Positions 55,924 to 64,000 of a DNA stretch of 64,000 nt are shown here, piece by piece. The translations under genes and the position numbers were made by a program. The notes beneath the pieces were generated by a model. That model was not told where the DNA came from. It did not search any database and saw nothing but the letters and a program-made list of their open reading frames with translations. How positions within the stretch are numbered: position 1 is the first letter of the stretch; every line of letters begins with the position of its first letter. Origin of the DNA: Chrysomallon squamiferum (lineage: Eukaryota > Animalia > Mollusca); assembly GCA_012295275.1 (NCBI GenBank), contig CM022666.1, positions 4,960,001 to 5,024,000 of the forward strand, in the 5' to 3' direction.

Positions 55924-56139
55924 CGAACAGTGAATACCTTTCTTCGCCTTTTCCCTATTTATTTATTTATGTATTTATATTGGACTAAATCAGCTGTAGA
56001 GTATTTATAATTATAATCAGTTCTGTTACAGTTAGTAGAATCACTATGAAATACTCTCTACGTTATCGTGTTGAAAACTAAGCTTTGTTTTAACTTTGTG
56101 TTAAATAGTTTTCAGGTATTCTCGACTTTTGTAAGTTTG

Positions 56140-56250
<111 letters not shown>

Positions 56251-56325
56251 AATATTGAGATTTATTTGCATACACTATTAAACACCCAGTATTTCTGTAA
56301 TACAAACAATGAATCATCTTGACAG

Positions 56326-57213
56326 CTCACGACGAAAGTAACGATGACGTATTTAGAGAGAAAACTGAAAACCTAAAACTCTGTTTGAAAATATTCGACT
56401 ACGTGTTAAGAAATTCTGTATTCAGGTGAGCATTAAATTTACCTGTTTCCGTACAGGTGTGAGTTGAAATTTTGGGTACTGGTTTGGAATGTGTGAATGT
56501 GTGTTTGTGACTATGTGCATGCATGTGTCTGTGTGTGTACATGCATATGCCCTTGGTGTTCGTGTGTCTGTGTATTTGTGTGGTATGTGTCTATACATGT
56601 GTGTTTTGTATGTAATGGTAGGTATGTATATGCCTGTCTCTGTGTGTTTATATGTTTGTGTGTGTGGTATGTGTCTATACATGTGTGTTTTGTAGGTAAT
56701 GGTTGGTATGTTTATGCCTGTCTCTGTGTGTTTACATGTTTGTGTTTGATAGATAATTATGTACTAGGTAGGTTAATGGTAGCGAATACTCGTTTTTATT
56801 GACGTATTACAACAGACGTCTGTATTCCGTGTATTTGTGTATGTGTTTATATCAGTGCAGAAGTCTAGACAGAGAATATTAAGGAAGATAACGCTTTCGT
56901 ACTTAAGGACCATTTTCTCAAATAATGATCCTTGTTGTTGTTGTTATTGTGATATCATTGTCATCATTACTATTTATATTTTTAAGGATTTTACCGCAAT
57001 TGTTGTTGTTATTACTATTGTTATTGTAATGATTATTGTTGATGAAATTTGTTGGCAGTTAACATTTTGTTTTAATTTTATTTTTCATGCAGGTAGTCTA
57101 AACACTTTTTATCTCAAATGCTGTTGTCACTGTAGTTGTGTGTCTCCTTTTGCTAATTATTATTATTATTCTTATTATTATTCTTATTATTCTTATTATA
57201 ATTATTATTATTA

Positions 57214-57244
<31 letters not shown>

Positions 57245-57697
57245 TTTGTACGTTTGTATATATGTATATGTATGAGAGTATATATATATTAATCTGTCTG
57301 ATATGTGTATCCATGTTTACATGTCCGTGTCTATTAATACATGAGAGTTGTGCATATATATATACCAAGGAAGATAACTCTTTATTACTCAAGGACCTTT
57401 ATCTAAAAAAAGCTTCTTGTTGTTAATGTAATATCATCATTATAATTAGTTGTACTATTATTGTTATTGATGTTGTTATTTATAACTATTGTTATTGTAA
57501 TTATTATAGTTGATGACATTTTTTGGCAGTTAATATTTTGTTTCAATTTTATTTTTCATCTATGTAGTCCAAACACTTTTTATCCCAAATGCTGTTGTCA
57601 CTGTAGTTGTGTGTCTCCTTGTTATGGCGGTGTACACGTGTCAGAGGTTGTACTAACCAAACAAAATTTCAACAGACTGGGTCTCCATTATGATATG
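56326..57697 (+). pseudogene. Gene X exon copies: 56326..56425 (frameshifted), 57093..~57148 (truncated), 57564..57697 (acceptor lost)
   Basis: Paralogous to 60429..60529 and 60783..60915; donors gtgagc and gtaagt retained. Confidence 0.65.
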
Positions 57698-58610
57698 GTA
57701 AGTGTTATCTGTGAGTTTATTTATTTATTTTTAAATACTTCTTTTTTTAGTTGATTTCTTTTTTTAATCCGTATGTAACGAAATGGAAGAAAAGGTACAG
57801 AATGACGTAATTTGAACATCCAGGGATACAGTATTATTCCAGTACAGTACATACCATGTAACTTATATATCCAGGTAGGGATACATTATTAAAGATTAAT
57901 TGAGTACAGTTCTTTTCATGTAAATTTATATTCCAGGGAAATGGTATTAAAGATTAATAGATTCCAGTACACACCATGCATTTTACATATCCACGGTGAA
58001 ACTATTAAAGATTATATAACAGAGATTATAATTATAATTTAGCATTAGATTTTATTCCAGTAAATACACAGATATAATTTATATACCCAAGAATATAATA
58101 TTACAGATTCAGTATAGTAAATATTATGTATCCTGTGTATCATCCTATGGTGTAGAGTTTACTGTGTATATATTAGTGTGTATATTAATAAAAACAGATT
58201 ATTTTAGATAGCTTGTATCCTGTGTATCATCCTATGGTGTAGAGTTTACTGTGTATATATTAGTGTGAATATTAATAAAAACAGATTATTTTAGATAGCT
58301 TGTATTCTGTGTATCATTTTATAAATGAGGTCCTATGGTGTAGACTATAAATGAATACCTTAATGTGTAGAGTCAAGGATATAATATTAAAGATTATTAC
58401 AATACAGTACATACCATGTTATTTATAATTCGGTTTAAAATAAAACAATATTATGAAATATTAACTGTTCACTTCCTGAAAGAAATATTTAGTTCCTTTG
58501 TCAAAAGTAAAAGTTTACAAATTAATTTACTGTCAGAGTATTTTTAAAGTTAAAATTAGCAGGTCACAGAATGTTTACCGCTGTCTGGTGACCTCATCAA
58601 ACGATTCTTT

Positions 58611-58817
58611 ATTCGACTTTCCAGTGATAACGTGCACAGTTTCGCTTGTCGTTCTACTTTATCCGACTTTCCAGTGATAACGTGCACAGTTTCGCTTGTC
58701 GTTCTACTTTATCCGACTTTCCAGTGATAACGTGCACAGTTTCGCTTGTCATTCTACTTTATCCGACTTTCCAGTGATAACGTGCACAGTTTCGCTTGTC
58801 GTTCTACTTTATCTGAC
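58611..58817. repeat. 50-bp tandem repeat, 4 copies (atccgactttccagtgataacgtgcacagtttcgcttgtcgttctacttt)
   Basis: Four nearly identical head-to-tail units with no spacers. Confidence 0.95.
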
Positions 58818-59439
58818 AACTTTTCGCTTGACGATATTTCGTTAGACGCTAAAATGTATATGAGATGAAAGCAAAAGAAACGAAAACAGTTTCAGTGATG
58901 TTCACGTTGTTAAAAGATTAAGGCGTGTCTTCCTCCTTAAACAGTAGAAGCGTGGCCTGTATAAACAGAAAGAAAGAAAGAAGATAGAGAAGAAAAATAA
59001 AGAAGATGAAACAACAGAAAATGAAAGAATTTATCCAATCATGACACAAAGTTCTATCAAATATAATTTTAAAAGTGAAAGTGCATTTGTCTTAGTTGTA
59101 TTTATGTGAGAACTCAGATTGTGTTTGTATATATCTAACTGTGTTTAATATCCTTAAAAAGAATAATAAAAGGAATATTTTTCTTATATTTGTTTAAAAT
59201 TTAATTTATTTGATATGAATTGTTTTATATTCACAAGGACATCAGATTCTCTGAGATATTATTTACATATGTGTATAGAGATTTCCTTCCATAATCTATA
59301 AGATATAACTGGAATTTAGTGGTGTCATAACAGGACTTTTCATTGCAATAAAATAAAAATCTGAGTTCTTAAAAAAAATAAATAGACATGGATATTAATA
59401 AAAGTAAATATTGTTTTTCAATATGACTGGTTCTTACCG

Positions 59440-59777
59440 CTCTTCGAGTCAAATCAAGGGGAGGTAAACCAGGCTGCCAGACAGCGAAAACGTCAAAGCG
59501 GAGTGAAGTGAAATTCAGTGACAGCGTTCTGTGTGATATTCGGTTTGATGTTTGTGGTTGATATTTTGTTGTTTGCTCATCGGATGGCCAAGACAATCTC
59601 GTTCGCTAAGCTTCTCCTGTACGGGTACCTGAGTATGTGGATTATAAGGAAACAGGTAATTAATTATTTGTTTATGGACACTTCAGTGCATATTATTATT
59701 AGTAATTAATGAAAGGTATTTAATTTTTTATTGAAGTAATCACACATTTAATGTGAAAGATATGTAAATTAATGTTT

Positions 59778-59814
<37 letters not shown>

Positions 59815-60915
59815 TGATGATGATGATGATGATGATGATAACAACAACAACAATATTTACAAAAAACTACTAATAATAACAGGTTAACATTTAAATAAAA
59901 TTAGTAAGGTTTTATTTGTTATATTGTTAAATTACTTTTTATATCAGTTATTTTAATACGTAATTTGATCATTCTCATTATTACTAAAACTAGTACTAAT
60001 ACTATTACTACTATTTCTACTGCTACACTACTACTGCTATTACTATTACTACTACTGTTGTTATTATGACTAGCGCCACTACTATTATTACCATTACTTC
60101 TACTACTACTATTAATTTTCTAATTATTATTATTACAGATACTACCACAATTATTGCAACAAAACCAACTACTAGTACTACAACTACTAATAATGCTATT
60201 ATTATTATTGTTGTTATTATTATTATTATTTATTACTATTATTATTATTATTACTGTTATTATTATTATTATAATTATTAATTATTATTATTAGTAGTAG
60301 TAGTAGTTGTAGTAGTAGTAGTAGTAGTAGTAGTAGTTGTAGTAACTGTTGTTGTTATAGTTGTTTATTTACATACAGTATTAGTCATCCAGTATTTCAA
60401 TAATACAAACTATGAATTATCTTGTCAGCTGAAGATGAAGATGACGATGATGTATTGAGAGAGAAAAGTGAAAAACCTAAAACTCTGTTTGAAAATATTC
60501 GACTACGTGTTAAGAAATTGTGTATTCAGGTGAGTATTACGTTTAACTGTCTCCGTATATATATATATGTATATCAGAGAATGCTAAGGAAGACAACTCT
60601 TTCCTACTCAATGACCTTTATCTCAAGAAAAGCTTGTCGTTGCTATTGTTGTTAATGTAATATCACTATTATTATTATTATTGTTATTGTTGTTGTTATT
60701 TATAATTATTGTTATTGTATCATTGTTGTTGATGAACTTTTTTCGCAGTTAATATTTTGTTCCAGTTTTATTTTTCATCCAGGTAGTCTAAACACTTTTT
60801 ATCCCAAATGCTGTTGTCACCGTAGTTGTGTGTCGCCTTGTTATGGCGGTGTACAGGTGTCAGAGGTTGTCTAACCAAGCAAAGTTTCAAAAGACTGGGT
60901 CTCCATCACGATATG
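59440..60915 (+). pseudogene. Unidentified multi-pass membrane protein (gene X) pseudogene: exons ~59440..59655, 60429..60529, 60783..60915
   Basis: AG/GT boundaries on the second and third exons and a GT donor on the first. Phases match once three single-nt deletions are restored, giving ...VTAFCVIFGLMFVVDILLFAHRMAKTISFAKLLLYGY(P)EYVDYKET/AEDEDDDDVLREKSEKPKTLFENIRLRVKKLCIQ/VV*TLFIPNAVVTVVVCRLVMAVY(Q)VSEVVLTKQSFKRLGLHHDM. Contains in-frame stops. Confidence 0.65.
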
Positions 60916-61246
60916 GTAAGTGCTATCTGTGAATTTATTTATTTATTTTTAAATAATTTAAAAAATAAATGGTCATACTTCTTTTTTTAGATGATTGTTT
61001 TTTATCCATGGGTAACTGGAAATATGGCAAAAGTTGCAGAATAATATAATTTAAACATCCAGAATACAGTATTATTCCAGTACATTACATATCATGTAGT
61101 TTATATTTACAGGGAGACAGTATTAAATATTACATTATATACCATGTAATTTATACGACGAGAGATACGGTGTTAGGTTTTATTTGTTATATTGTTAAAT
61201 TACTTTTTTTATCAGTTATTTTAATACGTAATTTGATCATTCTCAT

Positions 61247-61442
61247 TATTACTAAGACTAGTACTAATACTATTACTACTAAGACTAGTACTAATACTAT
61301 TACTACTAAAACTAGTACTAATACTATTACTACTAAAACTAGTACTAATACTATTACTACTAAGACTAGTACTAATACTATTACTACTAAGACTAGTACT
61401 AATACTATTACTACTAAAACTAGTACTAATACAATTACTACT
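61247..61442. repeat. 27-bp minisatellite, ~7 copies (attactactaa[g/a]actagtactaatact)
   Basis: Present as a single unit in the paralogous segment at ~59980. Confidence 0.9.
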
Positions 61443-61747
61443 CTTTCCACTGCTACACTATTACTGCTATTACTATTACCACTACTGTTGTGTTATTATG
61501 ACTAGCGCCACTACTATTATTACTATTACTTCTACTATTTCTATTAATTTTATAATTATTATTATTACACATGCTACCACTTTTATTGCAACAACACCAA
61601 CTACTGCAACTACCACTACTAATACTGCTATTATTATTATTATTATTATTGTTATTATTATTTATTATTATTATTATTATTTTTAATTATTATTATTATT
61701 ATTACTGTTATTGTTATTATTATATATTATTATCATTACTATTTTTA

Positions 61748-61779
<32 letters not shown>

Positions 61780-61949
61780 TGTTATTGTTATTATTATTAT
61801 TAATTATTATTATTACTAGTAGTAGTTGAAGTAGTAGTAGCAGTAGTAGTATTACAGCTGTTGTCATTGTTGTTGTTTTTATTGTTTATTTACATATACT
61901 ATTAGTCACCCAGTATTTCTGTAATACAAACTATGAATTATCTTGACAG

Positions 61950-62945
61950 CTGATGATGAATGTGATGATGATGTATTGAGAGAGAAAACTAAAAAACCTA
62001 AATCTCTGTTTGAAAATATTCAACTACGTGTTAAGAAATTGTGTATTCAGGTGAGTATTACGTTTACCTGTCTCCGTATATATAATCAGAGAATGCTAAG
62101 GAAGACAACTCTTTTATACTCATGGACCTTTATCTCAAGAAATGCTTGTTGTTGCTATTGTTGTTAATGTAATATTATTACTATTACTATTATTATTATT
62201 ATTATTATTACTATTATTGTTATTGTTGTTGTTATTTATAACTCTTATTTTTCTATCATTGTTGTTGATGAACTGTTTTCGCAGTTAATGTTTTGTTTCA
62301 GTTTTAGTTTTCATCTATGTAGTCTAAACACTTTTTATACAAAATGCTGTTGTCACTGTAGTTGTGTATCTCTTTGTTTATGGCAGTGTACGTACCATAT
62401 AATTTCTATATCCTGGGATACAGTATTATAGATTAATAGAGCGCAGTACGTACCATGTAAGTTTACATATACAGGGGTATAGTATTAAAGATTAATAGAG
62501 TATATTACATACCATGTAATTTATATATCCAGGGAAACGGTATTAAATATTATAGAATAGAGTTCGGTACATACCATGTAATTTATATATCCAGGCATTC
62601 AGTATTAAATATTACATAATAGAATACAGTACATTCTATTTAAATTATATATCCAGGGATACAGTATTAAAGATGAATAGAGTACAGTACATGCCATGTA
62701 ATTTATATACCAAGTGATACAGTATTATTCCAGTACGGTAACCTTAAAGATCGTTACATTAAAGATTCAGTAAAGCAAATATTATGTATTCAGTATATGA
62801 TATTATAAAACTGACATACTGTGATGTGGAATATACAGTGTATTTTAATATATATATATTTTTTTTATATTTCAGAACGGATTCATAGACCTCCAAGCTG
62901 AAATGATCAACAGTCGACTTGTTTCTCATGCAGAACAGATAAACA
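61950..62945 (+). pseudogene. Gene X exon copies: 61950..62050 (intact), 62319..~62391 (truncated), 62876..~62945 (NGFIDLQAEMINSRLVSHAEQIN, truncated)
   Basis: Tandem duplicate of ~59906-60960, followed by the next phase-0 exon after tttcag. Confidence 0.65.
62390..62760. repeat. Degenerate ~57-bp minisatellite (tacagtacataccatgtaatttatatatccagggatacagtattaaagattaatagag); also at ~37275-37850, 57820-58130, 61060-61170
   Basis: Recurrent unit, located in gene X intron sequence. Confidence 0.75.
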
Positions 62946-63877
62946 AATAATTATTTCTTTCATATATATATATATATATATGAACTAAACTTACTCCATG
63001 AAATTAATTCTTTTTTTTTCTTACTTTCTCTGACTATCACTGAAAGTCCACATCATTCACAAAAGATGGACTCTGCTTCTGGTTTTATTTACTATTATTT
63101 TAGGTTTTACTCACATTATACAATGGATGTTCTTGTACAATAGATGTTCTATGCACAATGGATATTCTTTGTATAGTGGATGTTCTAGTATACAGTAGAT
63201 GTTATACAGTCTATGTCCTATTTAAAAAAATGATCTTGTACAGATATTCTATATACACTGTACATTATATACAAGTACAGTAGATGTTCAATGTACAGTG
63301 AATGTTCTTGTATGGTAGATGTTCTGTAAACAATGGATGTTCTGCTGTAGATGTTCTGTGTGAAAAGATGTTTTTGTTCAGTTAATATTCTAAACATGTA
63401 CATCTGTGGATGTTGTAAATATAATTAATGTTAAATGATAATGAATACTCCATGTATAGTGGCTTTTCTTTGTACAGTGAATATGTAATGTATGTACTGC
63501 GGATGGTCTGTGTTCAGTAAATCTGTACAGTGAATGTTCTACAAACATGAATGTGTTCTAGGGATGTTCTATGTAAAATTATTGTGTACGGTATTCAGTG
63601 AATAAATATTTACATATTATTGATTTTCTATATAAAGTGTCTGATGAAAGTTAAATGTTTGCTGATTGGTTTATAATGAATAATACAAGTTAAGTGTTCT
63701 TTATACAGTATGTACTCATGCAATGAAATTATGAGAGTGATAAATGTTTATATGTGCTACATTTAAATTTCATGTAAAATATGCATAATAAACAATCTAT
63801 TTAAAGCATTTTTTTATTTTATCACAAAAAGAATTTTCCTTTTAGAAGCATTTCAAAAACATAAATATTACTGTTAA

Positions 63878-64000
63878 TGTTATTATCACTATCATCATCA
63901 TCATTAATTTTATTATCACTATCATCATCATCATTAATTTTATTATCACTATCATCATCATCATTAATTTTATTATCACTATCATCATCATCATTAATTT
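63878..64000. repeat. 30-bp tandem repeat, 4 copies (tattatcactatcatcatcatcattaattt), running off the window end
   Basis: Direct inspection. Confidence 0.9.

Noticed and set aside
58611-58817. Possible CRISPR-like array
   Set aside because: Units are head-to-tail with no unique spacers; eukaryotic context and no cas genes.

Overview
AT-rich, microsatellite-rich metazoan DNA with GT-AG introns; probably a mollusc or other lophotrochozoan (inference). There are two 200-N scaffold gaps (4045-4244, 45280-45479). Most of the window is a mosaic of kb-scale segmental duplications. Manual splicing gives two apparently intact 4-coding-exon TNF-superfamily ligand genes on the + strand (16803-18712 and 49708-51553). 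Each encodes 264 aa: N-terminal signal-anchor, 6-Cys stalk, C-terminal TNF homology domain; about 89% aa identity by hand count. They are surrounded by many broken TNF exon copies. Interleaved with them are scattered, phase-compatible exon copies of a second, unidentified multi-pass membrane-protein gene, with no intact copy in the window. Other features: a repeated promoter/5'-UTR module (kappaB-like site, CCAAT, TATA, donor); Gypsy-like LTR/PBS-Pro/gag remnants directly upstream of both TNF genes; a Tigger/pogo deletion derivative; a Tigger-like MITE; four copies of an internally deleted Mutator-like element; and many tandem repeats. Most ORFs in the supplied track are microsatellite or intron read-through artefacts. 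All alignments were done by eye; no database searches were run.
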